A stretch of 64,000 nucleotides of DNA from Azolla caroliniana (lineage: Eukaryota > Plantae > Polypodiophyta). This document shows positions 50,101-60,670 of this stretch, in pieces. Under the pieces are notes generated by a model. That model saw only the letters and a program-made list of their open reading frames with translations, was not told where the DNA came from and did no database searches. Location: contig JBHGNT010000015.1 of assembly GCA_043228905.1 (NCBI GenBank), positions 4,278,001 to 4,342,000 of the forward strand. The letters run 5' to 3'. Numbering within the stretch: position 1 is the first letter of the stretch; every line of letters starts with the position of its first letter. The position numbers were made by a program, and so were the translations under genes.

Positions 50101-51396
50101 ATGTCCTATTGCTTCTATTAGAAACCGTGTCGAGGCAAGAAACAAGGAGAAGTTAAGGATATACACAATTTCCCTACATCCTTCCTTGCACATCTCGAGC
50201 AAGCCAGAAAAGAAAAGGATCGTCGCTTAGTCAAGGCGTACGAAATGGAGGAAGATGGCTCCTTTAAAAAATTTAGCCACAAAAAAGATATTACGAGAGA
50301 TCTTTACTACAATGTGGTTTGCGGTGATGTCATCGACTTGATCCAGAAGGTGCCAAAGAAGGAATATACGCTAATGATTGCGGATATTCCTTACAGATTT
50401 CGAATGGCTGGGTCATCATACGACGATGAACCGTTTAGGTTTAAACAATTGGAGAAGATGGTCAAGGATTTCGCTGAGCTAACGACCGCATCCTTGTGGC
50501 GAATAGTTGTCTTTCATAGTATGGACCAAGGGTACTCGGTAGCTCAAGCTTTGAGATCTCGTTGCCATGGCATCGAGAACCTTGCATGGTAAGGATTATT
50601 TATAGGTGTCTTTTACTATATTGCATTTCTTAAGGTTGTTGAATCTATTCTTAACTCGATGAATTATTTTTTATAGGATCAAGACCAATGTAAATAGAGG
50701 GCCAACTTTTCGGTTCGTTAATGCCATTGAAAACATAACGGTTGGCTACTTCGATGAAATTAAGAAACAGAGAATCAAAGAGCATTCTAATGAAGTGGGA
50801 GGTTCAAATCTGTTGGTATATCCAGCAGTGACACGGAAATTGCGACGTGTCACCACGACAGAACAGGGACTTGTCAACCCATACCAAAAACCTCAACGAC
50901 TTATGATGCGCTTGATCGAGATGTTTTCTGTCGAAGGAGACTGGATATTAGATCTCTTTTCTGGCACAGGTATTCCTCGAACTAGGGTAACGATCTTGAG
51001 ATAACCAATCCCTTTTTTTTCGTTTGACAGCTAAATCTTATTGTTACTTACATCACAGGAACTATGTCTGCATGTGCATTGAAGCTGTTTAGAAATACAG
51101 TTGCATTGGAGAAGGACGAGGACCAAGTTATATTTATTAATATGCGGGAGTGCCCAGACCAAGATGAGGAGGTCGGTGCAAAGAACCTCGCCAATACAGA
51201 AAGGTTTCAACCTGCTTCGCGAGAGCCTATTCCTCCATTAGCCGGCGAATCGGGGGAGCTAATAGAGCTTGATGATGAGCTTATAGAAGATATTTCGTTG
51301 GCTCGGCTAACAGGGGAAACCAATGCACGTATAGCCGAAGACAGTTCTACACAAGATGATGAAGAAAATGACGTTGATGAATTGATTGCTATGTAA
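47128..51396 (+). pseudogene. Six-exon gene: ParB/Srx-like domain fused to a beta-class N6-adenine/N4-cytosine DNA methyltransferase (~970 codons)
   Basis: Exons 47128-47162, 48185-49823, 49900-50038, 50122-50588, 50677-50969, 51059-51396; all introns GT-AG and frame-compatible. Motifs YFVIGGSHSAEA and GLTTEEAKLLAWDHN...MSSIERI (ParB-like); VCGDVIDLI, MIADIPY (motif IV), W|IKTN, NPYQKPQRLMMRLIEMFSVEGDWILDLFSGT|GT (motifs X and I). Lesions: frameshift ~48500, TAG 48775, TAG 48901, TGA 50009. Confidence 0.88.
47213..47741. repeat. Array of 25-bp palindromes GAACTCGATACG(C/G)CGTATCGAGTTC at 51-bp period in intron 1
   Basis: Starts at 47213, 47264, 47315, 47366, 47417, 47468, 47519 (truncated), 47542, 47593, 47644 and 47717; AT-rich 26-bp spacers. 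Confidence 0.97.
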
Positions 51397-54300
51397 TAGA
51401 CTCTATGAAGAATATGACACTGACGATTTGTTAAGATTTCACATTATTAATACAAATTTTGGGTTTTACCTAGTGGATTCTATTCTTTATAATCTTCTAT
51501 ATGTTTCAATTTTATTTTTATATACTTGATTAGTAGATTTATGACATTGGTTTCACCGCGTGCATAGCTGACTACCAAACTTATGGAGAAACATGAACTA
51601 GTTTAAATGGAGGCTGATTTTGGTCCAAGCTAACCTTAACAGAACATGGCCCTATAATTGTTGCCATGACTGTCCATGTTGTTATTATGGATCTTTGTCT
51701 TCTATTGGTAAAACTATTATGTTTCTATTCCATTGCTGCTTAGATTGTGTAGTGTGTTGATAATGGTTCCAGTTGCGTTATCGTTCGGAGTTTGATCTTG
51801 TGTGAATCACCTAAGCAATAGAGTAGATCAATTTGAAATACAGGTATGAAGGCCTAATAGGTTTGTTATTTCCACGACATTATCCTAAAGTTCACTGCCT
51901 TACATTGTCCACAATTATAAACATATGGTTTGATCCCATATGAACAAACTGAGGAATAGATTAGATCAACTTTAAATACAAGTATTGAATACTTTAATAA
52001 GTTAGTTATTCCAATCACTTATCCTAATGTGCACTATCCTACATTTTCCACAATTACATACATGCACGTATGGGTCAAAGTATAAATTATATCTCATTTT
52101 ATTAGTATGGATACAAGTACACCTGATATTTTTGTAAAACTTACCTAATTAATATAAGTCTTTAAGTTAGTGTTTCCCTTGTCGCACAGTAGTGACATAT
52201 TGAGCCATAGTTGAACTTTATTATGCCTACATTAACTTATCAACATGTCTAAACTTGCATGATTTCTAATGATCTCCACTCGTAGATCTATCATGTATTT
52301 TTATATTTGCAAATTCTCATCAAGTTGAGGAACATGTGATACTAGTGCATCCAATTTTTGTAGAGAGGGTGTATTTGCTTTGTTTTAAGAAGATTCTACA
52401 AGTGGAATGCACAATCCTTCCACTTGTGAACGCAAACTTGTTCTATGTCGAAACCGGAGACGACACTACGCACCCGATTCGGCACATCGGCAATGTTCCG
52501 TTTGGAAAAGAAGGTAAGCAAAATTACATTAAAAATGTCTTGCATGTACCGACCATTACGAAGAATTTGGTCTCCGTCGGCCAAATTGTAGAGCAAGGGA
52601 TGCAAGTTCGATTTAATCAAGGTGGTTGCATCATCGAAAAAGAGGGCCGACTCATTGCACACGGACGAAGAGAGGGCTGAATGTTCATTCTCGACTCACA
52701 CGAGATGAAATCGGCCATGTTCGCAAAGGGCATGAAAGCTGACTCCGACATAGAGTTATGGCACAAGCGGATTGGCCATATAAATCTCCAAAAACTCAAA
52801 GCAATGAAATCAAAAGGAGTCATCATCAGACTCCCAACATTCAAAGAGAAGGATATTGAAGGTGTATACGAAGCGTGCCAATTTGGCAAGCAACACCGAC
52901 ACCCATTCCTGAAAGAGCGGAACGTGAGCAAAGGTCTAGTCGACGTAGTCCATTCCGACGTATGGGGGTCGGCGCAGACAGCTACATTAGGCGGATGCTG
53001 ATATTATGTGCTCTTCATCGATGACTTTTCTAGGCACACTTGGATCTACCCGATGCGGCAAAAGAGCGAAGTGTTCGGACACTTCCAAAATTTCAAGAAT
53101 GAAGTCGAGAAAGCCACGGGCCGACATGTACGATGCCTTCGATCGGATGGCGGCAAGGAGCACTTCATGGACAATTTCACGGTGTATCTCCGAAAGGAAG
53201 GAATTCAACGAGAATTCACTTGCCGACACACTCTGCAACAAAACGGGGTAGCCGAGCGCAAAAATCGGCACATCCTCGAAGTAGTGTGGGCCATGATGAA
53301 GAAGAAGCATATGCCCAAGTCATATTGGGCCAAAGATGCAAATACAACAGTCTACCTAATGAACTGGTGCACAACATCCGGCGTGCACGAGCTCACTCCA
53401 CACGAAAAATACTTCGGAAAGAAGCCGGACTTACCGCACACCCGGATATTCGGCGTGATAGCGTACGTGCACATCCCCGACGAGAAGCCTCAAAAGCTTG
53501 GCCCGAAGTTGGAGAAATGTATCCTTGTTGGATACTCACTGGAGCAAAAGGGGTACAAGTGCTACAACCCCTCAACTCGAAAATCTCGAGTAAGTCGAGA
53601 CGTCGTTTTTGACGAGTCCGCATCCTGGTACGCACCAGAGACAACTCCGACTCCGACTCCACTCGACCCGGAATCCGTCGAACAAGAGATAGTGGATGAA
53701 GATGGCCTTACGTGCATGTTCGAAGAAAGTCCGATCACGACCCAACTGAGCGGACCACAAGAGCCTTTGAGCGATCAAAGCACATCACGACCTAGCCCAA
53801 AGATGACAAAGGCAAGGCGAAAATGGCAGAATACGCAGATGATTGCTTCGACGATGATGAGTCGACTCACTCACTCGACAGTGAGTTCGGCGGCTTCAAT
53901 GTACCAATCGGAGCTAAGAAAGCCCTCATCTTTGCAAATGAAAAGCTCCGCCGATCCACCCGTGAAAAGAACCCCGTAAGCCGATTCGGCTACAACAATT
54001 ATATGGCGTACCATTGCCCCTTTATGATGAAGGTAGCGATAGTACGGGAGCCGGAAACCTTTCCCGAAGCCACGAAGGGCCCGCGATGGATCGAAGCAAT
54101 GAACGAGGAGATGCAGGCACTACCGAAGAACAAGACGTGGGATCTCGTTCCCACCTTACTGCACAAAAAGGCGATCGGATGCTGATGGATTTACAAAGTG
54201 AAGTACAACGCTGACAGTTCCGTCAACCGCTACAAACACATGGAGTTGACTACGAAGAGACCTTTGCCCCGGTGGCAAAGATGACTATGGTACGGACCGT

Positions 54301-57300
54301 AATTGCACTTGCCGTGGCGAAAGGGTGGCACCTCCATCAAATGGACGTCAAGAACGCCTTTCTACAAGGAGAATTAGAAGAGGAGGTGTACATGATACAA
54401 CCACCCGGCTTCAACTTGAGCACCCATCCGAAAGTTGTATGCCGACTCAAGAAGCCACTCTACAGCCTCAAGCAAGCACCGCGTGCTTGGCATTCGAAGA
54501 TAACGCAATATCTTCATCAAATCGGCTTCCGTATGTCAAAATCGGACAACTCCGTCTACATACGAAGTGATTCCACAAGTCCGATCGTCATCATCTTATA
54601 TCTGGATGACCTAGTCATTGGAGGTGAGCATCTCGTCGAAATCAATAAGGTCAAATCCCTCCTTTCCAACAAGTTCGAGATGACGGACATGAAGGAACTC
54701 CACAACTTCCTCGGCATCGAGGTAATTCGGACTCCGGTCGGAATCATGATTTCTCAAGGGCACTACATCCTCAACTTGTTATACAAGTTCGGTATGCCTA
54801 AGTGCAAATCCGTGGCAACCCCGCTCGATCGTAATCTAAAACTAGATGCGAACTCCGACACCAAAGCATGTGAGCCGACTCAGTATCGGCAACTCATCGG
54901 GAGTCTCATCTACCTCACAATCACTCGACCCGATCTCAATTATCCGGTCAGTCTCCTTAGTCAATTTATGCAAACACCGCGTGATACTCACTTGGATTGC
55001 GCTAAGCAAGTTCTACGATACGTGAGTGGCACAATGGATTGCGGCATCCTCTACAAGACCACGATGCCAATACGACTCAAGGGGTACACAGACGCCGATT
55101 GGGCCGGCTACAAAGCTGATAGAAGGTCAACCTCCGGATTTGTTTTCTCCCTCGGTAGCGGAGCAATATCTTGGAGTAGCAAGAAGCAGCTGACCGTCGC
55201 TCTTTCGAGTACGGAGGCGGAATACAGGGGCGCAGCCGTAGCTGCGTGTGAAGCCGTATGGCTCAAGAGGATTTTGAAGGATCTGGGCGTACCCATCAAG
55301 GATCCGACCTCCCTTTACTGCGACAACATGAGCATTATCTATCTGGCTCAGAACCCGGTGTTCCACGCGCGGACAAAGCACATCAAAGTGCACTATCACT
55401 TCATCCGAGAGCGCGTTCTAGCTGGCGATGTCAACCAACAACACATTAGCACAAATCTTGAAACGGCCGACATCTTCACTAAAGCCTTAGGAGCCGACAA
55501 GCTGTGGCAGTTCATGACCGATCTCAGATTGACGATCCCTGACCTGCCAAGCTTGAAGGGGAGTACTGAAGACATTACGCAATAACACGTGGATTACGCA
55601 ACCGCACAATGAAGCCGATCTACCGCGCAAAGCCGCGAAGAAAGACGCAAGACGAAGCGTAGAATTCGCAACGACGCACAACGCAAGTTAGAGCACGGAT
55701 TCCAAAACTCTGCATAAATGCGAGTTGACGCGGACTTTGGAACGCGAGTCGAAGCGGGTTTCAGATACCATCTAAAACCGACCCGACTTGAGCTTGAGGG
55801 GGCGTGTTGAGAATCAAGCTCAACTTGGTCTAGTGTGTGAACTCCCCTTGAGAGTGAATAGACACTCCAACGGTCAAGAGTCACCATTATGTCACCACTT
55901 TGTATTCTAGCATTTAGTATCAGTCATAGAATCATATTCTATGACACATAACTTATGAGCTTTCACATTCCCCATGCTCCATGAGTCTTGCAGTTAATGA
56001 AGAGAGAGGGTGACTATATAAAGAAACCTCCTCCCACCTTGTATGATGTTGAGTCTTTCTCCTTTGTTAATACAATCTACCTTGCGTATTCTCTGTGTAT
56101 TATTCCTTGTCTCTCTCTCTCTCACTCACTCTCTCTCTCATACACACACATAACTCACATCTCTTCCGCTTCACAAGAATCATATCCGATTCTTTACAGG
56201 CCGAGTAAAGTCTCGGTTGTCGGACGCATTCAAGATGAAGGACCTGGAAAAACTTCACTACTTCCTCGGGATCGAAGTGATCCACACACCAGACAACATA
56301 TTGTTATCTCAACAACATTATGTGTTGAATATTTTGTACAGATTCTGCACGACAGATTGTTGATTTGTTTCCATTCCTCTCGACAGAAACCTGAAGTTAC
56401 ATCTCGACTTGGGAGCGGCATGTGATGAGAAATGGTTTCGACAAATTGTTGGGAGCCTCGTATATTTAACTATCACTCAACTTGACCTTAGCTATCCAGT
56501 CGGTGTGATAAGTCAGTTCATGTTGAGACCGACTATCGAGCCTCTTCAATGTGTGCATCGAATATTGCGATATGTGAACGACACAAAATATCGAGGACTG
56601 TTGTACTAACACGGTATAGCTGAATATCTAGTCGACTATACTAATGTCGATTGGGCCGGGGATGCCACGGATCGTCAGTTGACATCAGGTTTCATGTTTT
56701 TCCTTGGGAGCACGGTTGTAGCCTAGAGTAGCAAGAAGCAGTCGACAATGGCCTTATCAAGCACCGGTGACTGCTATAGGACTTACGGGTATAATATGAG
56801 TAGCATGTAGCTATCCAAGAACGTCGTTTTCCATGCTCACACGAAACACATAGAAGTGTATTATCACTTTGTGGGCGAGCGGGTCCTGAGTGGTGAAGTC
56901 GATCTCAGATATGTTTGAACCAGTTATAACATTTTTCGGAGATGCTTGGGTTATAACATCTAAACATGCCGCACTTGAGGGGGATAACATGCAGAGCAAT
57001 AGGAAGAGAGCAACATGAGCAACGGGAGGAAGCTGAAGAAGATGCCGAATAGACTAAAGAAGTCGACACACCCGGAAGAGCCGGAGTAGGTGGCCATGGC
57101 GGCAGAGTCAAGAAGGACAAAGCCGACCAGAAGAAAAAGGTCAAGAACAAGACATGGTCGGATGTGGTCAAGGGCCTAGAGAATGATGACAAAATGGAGT
57201 CAGCCAAGTCAAACAAAAGCGGGAACGAATCGGAGCCAACCGATTTGGTCGAATAGTTCGATTTGGATGAGCCAAATCTCATGAAGGCCAATTGGATAAG

Positions 57301-58535
57301 GAGGCAGCCAAAGCCAACACCGAAACAAAGGTGTAGACGGGCTGAGGGGCGTTGATGCCGCAACAACTAGGGAACTGAGAAGAACTTGATGAGCAGACAA
57401 GCCAACTGAGGAGGTCGAGATGCGTGGGACTGGATGGGTTGAGGAACGTTGAACCAGAAGAGTCGTGGAATGGGGGACCGGACGGGTAGAGGAGTTCAAG
57501 AAAGGCGTGAAGACACTAGGAGGAGCCAGATACAAGGGCCAACAAATGCTAACACGACAAACTAACCTCAAGTTGAGCTTGACGGGGAGTGTTGAGCGAA
57601 CAAGCTAAACGTGGGCCGAATTGGTTGCATAAGCCGAGAGCGGGATTGGATGAAGACCGATAGTCTAGACCCAGATCGGATCAGATCAAAGAGCCGGATC
57701 AGAGAACTGGATCTGTGGGGAGTCGACAGGTTGTTAGAGGCCTACGCTCCTAGTTTAGTAGGCAGTTATTCTCTTGGGAGTTAGTGTCACTACCTTAGTT
57801 ATGAGCATTGAAGTACTTGTCAGTACTTCTGACCATCCTTTATGGACATGTATAAAAGTGCTCACTGAGCACATTTGTATGTACAAAGTCTTATTTTGAA
57901 ATAGAGTTTTTTTTCTTGCTCTCTCTGTCTCTCTCGAGTACTTTGAATTCTCTGTGTGTTCTCCATTGATTCTTTGTGTTTTCTGTTACTATCTAATTGA
58001 GATGGTTGTGTCTGTTTTAGTTTCTGCATGCTAATCTTCACACTAATGTGTCATAGAAGTTGTCCAATGACACATATTTAGTGAACGGAATAGTGCTCGG
58101 CCACAACTGAGTCTCAATCACTCGATGGAAGAAGTAGGCAATAATACAATAGATAGAATGTACTTACACATAATATATGAGACGACACAAAATCTTAACG
58201 TGGGAAACCATAATTGGGAAAAACCACAGGAGCCCACAGACTCCAACTATTAGTATGAGAGAGGAAGGGTACAATAAGAGACTCTGAGGCACCGACCTCG
58301 AGTTCTATATCTTCACCTACCGGTTGTTACAATAGAAACTAGTTCTGTATATCTCTCTCTCTCTCTCAGCAACAACTAGAATGAAAACAACTATCTAACC
58401 TATTTCCCTAAGTTATATTTATACTATATAACTTACAAGCTATTTACATATGTGGCCTCAACGACCCATAAGAAACATATCTACAAATCTGTCTCTCTTC
58501 ACGGTTCATACCGGATCCGGCCGGACCCTTTCTGG

Positions 58536-60139
58536 TGTCGTGAAAATTTGTCACTATGTGCGGATCGTGAGGCAGAACCGTCGGGGTTATGGATGGGAAG
58601 GAAATAGGGCTCACACCCAGAACACAAGGAAGGCTTACACAAACAAGGCACGAGTATTCGAATGTGTTTGTGAAAAGGAGAGGTGCATGGGCAAGCCCGA
58701 ATCAACCCCTACTCACAAGGCAAACGAATGCATGTGAGGAAGGCTTACACACGGACACATAAGGAAAAATCTTACTTACACACACGAGAGACAGAGTTTC
58801 GAATACCTTTGTGAAAAGAGAGGTGTGTGAGCAAGCCCGAACTCTCCCTTGTTACAAGACATACGAACACACAAAGAAAAGGCTTACTTACACACACAAG
58901 AGACAGAGTTCCGAATGCCTTTGTGAAAAGAGAGGTGCATGGGCAAGCCCGAACGCTCCCTTGTTACAAGACACATGAACACACAAGCAAGGTTTACACA
59001 CAGGAGACACAATTTCGAACGTCTTTGTGAAAGGAGAGGTGCATGGGCAAGCCCGAACGCTCCCTTGCCACAAGTCGCATGAATACACAAGTAAGATTTA
59101 CACTAACACACAAGACAGGATTTCGAACACGTTTGTGAAAGGAGAGGTGCGGCAAGCTCGAACACTCCCTTGCCACAAGTCGCACGAACACATAAGCAAG
59201 ATTTACACTAACACGCAAGACACGTAAGTTTGAATGCCTTTGTGAAAGGAGAGGTGCATGGGCAAGCCCGAAACGCTCCCTTGTCACAAGACACAGAAAC
59301 AAATAATCACAAACGACGATAAAATATAAGACACATAGGTTTGAATGCCTTTGTGAAAGGAGAGGTGCATGGGCAAGCCCGAAGCGCTCCCTTGTCACAA
59401 GACACAAACAAATAAGCACAAATACCGATAACAAATAAGCACAATCAAGATTTACACATAAGACAAGTAGATGAAAGAAAACATTAGTTTATATCAATAT
59501 AATAGATTCCTTTATAATATAAGAATCATGTTACAATGGGTTGGATGCGAATATGAAGGATTGTTTATAAATGAATGGGGTAAGAGAGGTGGAGGAAAGA
59601 AGAGAGTGGAGTATAGAAGGAGTTTCTTTGTTGATGATGCCTCTCGATGTTGTTGATCCTTCTTCCGCTTTCCAATTGAGTAGAGCTTCCTTTTTCCTTC
59701 TCCCTCCCCCCCCTTCTTCACTAGAATAGTCTCTTATTTATAGGTTTAGGATTGCTTGCCTTTTTCCCCTAAATAATAGCTTGTCTATATGAGTCAAATT
59801 TTCTTTTCCTCACTATTTCTGTTTTCTAGACTCAAATTTCACATGCAAGATATTCTTGGAAATCTCTTTACGTTAGCTTTCTTATGCATCTTTTCGTTTC
59901 TAATTTGGACATTTGACGAGGAAATTATGAGCTTTTTACTCAACCTTGCTCCTCATATCCACGGCTAGCTTTTCTTTTCCCATCTTTTTCTCTATTTTTG
60001 TCTACTTTCGAAAACCTCTTCTAACTTTTTATCCTTTCATTTATTATTATAGTTGACTTAAGAAAATTAGTTTATTTGGACCACTATTTTATTCTCTTTT
60101 GAGAGTGGTTTCACACTATGTGTCGAAAACATCACGACA
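58536..60139. mobile_element. 1.6-kb solo LTR with internal tandem repeats
   Basis: Termini TGTCGTGA...TCACGACA; imperfect TSD TCTGG/TCGGG; no coding sequence. Confidence 0.75.
58640..59410 (+). repeat. Seven ~105-140-bp tandem units with core TTTGTGAAAGGAGAGGTGCATGGGCAAGCCCGAA
   Basis: Cores near 58667, 58808, 58920, 59025, 59132, 59239 and 59350. Confidence 0.9.
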
Positions 60140-60670
60140 TCGGGTCCATTAGATGCTTCAATCCGGTTCGTTCTTCTCCGGATTCTTTGATCCCCACCCG
60201 GAGGGACCGATATCTCAACAATCTCCCCCTTCACTCTAGTATGGGGTCTTCGTCAGTCTGATCCGTCTCCGACATGCGTCCAGCTTGTCAGCTAACAACA
60301 CCTTGGTTAGCATATCCGACCCGTTCTCCTCCGTATGGATCTTCATCAGCGAAAACTCTTTATCTTCTACCTTTTCCTGGGGCCAGTGACATCTCCTTTG
60401 GATGTGCTTGCTCTGGGAATAGTAGGCCACGTTCTTCATGAGGTGGATGACACTTTGACTATCGCAATGAGCCAGAATTCTTCCTACCGGATCCCTAGTT
60501 CTCCGATGAAGTCCTTCATCTAGATTATCTCTTTGTCGGCTTCTACAACTGCCATGTATTCCACTTCCATTTTCGACAATGCCACCGATTTCTGCAATCT
60601 TGGATACTATGATACCGCTCCCCCTGCATATGTCATGACATATCTGGAGGTGGACCGGTAGGTGTCCGCA

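Larger units (their letters stand above)
43164..52442. mobile_element. 9.3-kb TIR DNA transposon (Sola-like DDD transposase) carrying a ParB-methyltransferase cargo gene
   Basis: TIRs AACACGTTCGCGTTCACAAGTGGAAGGATCGCGCAT (43164-43199) and rc AACAAGTTTGCGTTCACAAGTGGAAGGATTGTGCAT (52407-52442), 32/36 match. Flanks TTAT/CTAT. Removing it restores copia ...PDRPGY|VETGDD.... Confidence 0.92.
37810..56198 (+). mobile_element. Ty1/copia element K (5' LTR 37810-42110 split by a LINE; 3' LTR 55805-56198), pol split by a DNA transposon
   Basis: TSD GGCCG (37805-37809 / 56199-56203); PBS TGGTATCAAAGC 42111-42122; gag 42270-43110 (CGYCGKLGQHEEEC); INT 53008-53800; RT/RNase H 54272-55585; PPT GAGGGGG before 55805. 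Confidence 0.95.
34501..58042 (+). mobile_element. Old Ty1/copia element I (5' LTR 34501-34886, 3' LTR 57590-58042), interrupted by copia K
   Basis: Both LTRs start TGTTGAGCGA and share internal blocks but are strongly diverged; imperfect TSD CGAAT/CTAAT; degenerate gag, WYVDSG protease, INT, RT (LYINDLVV) and RNase H 56199-56990; PPT before 57590. Confidence 0.8.
58082..60670 (-). mobile_element. 3' part of copia element J (D-like family): 3' LTR ~58082-60220 split by a solo LTR; RNase H 60236-60670 cut by gypsy G
   Basis: LTR shares GCTCGGCCACAAC and GGAGGGACC with the D/E LTRs; PPT at 60222-60231 (minus); YYSQSKHIQRR...ENGSDMLTK. Confidence 0.8.

Noticed and set aside
47128-51396. Bacterial or phage contamination explaining the methyltransferase
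   Set aside because: The gene has five GT-AG introns and sits inside TIRs that cleanly interrupt a plant copia pol.
50245-51396. Host C5-cytosine methyltransferase (MET1/CMT/DRM) or METTL3-type RNA methyltransferase
   Set aside because: No PCQ or ENV motifs; the DIPY, QKP and FSGTG motifs and their order fit the prokaryotic beta-class amino-MTases.
51821-52058. Degenerate ~138-bp duplication near the transposon's right end as a functional element
   Set aside because: Only two diverged AT-rich copies with no recognisable motif; cannot support a function.
52336-52680. 114-aa ORF as a separate gene
   Set aside because: Chimera of the transposon's right end and the resumed copia protease region.
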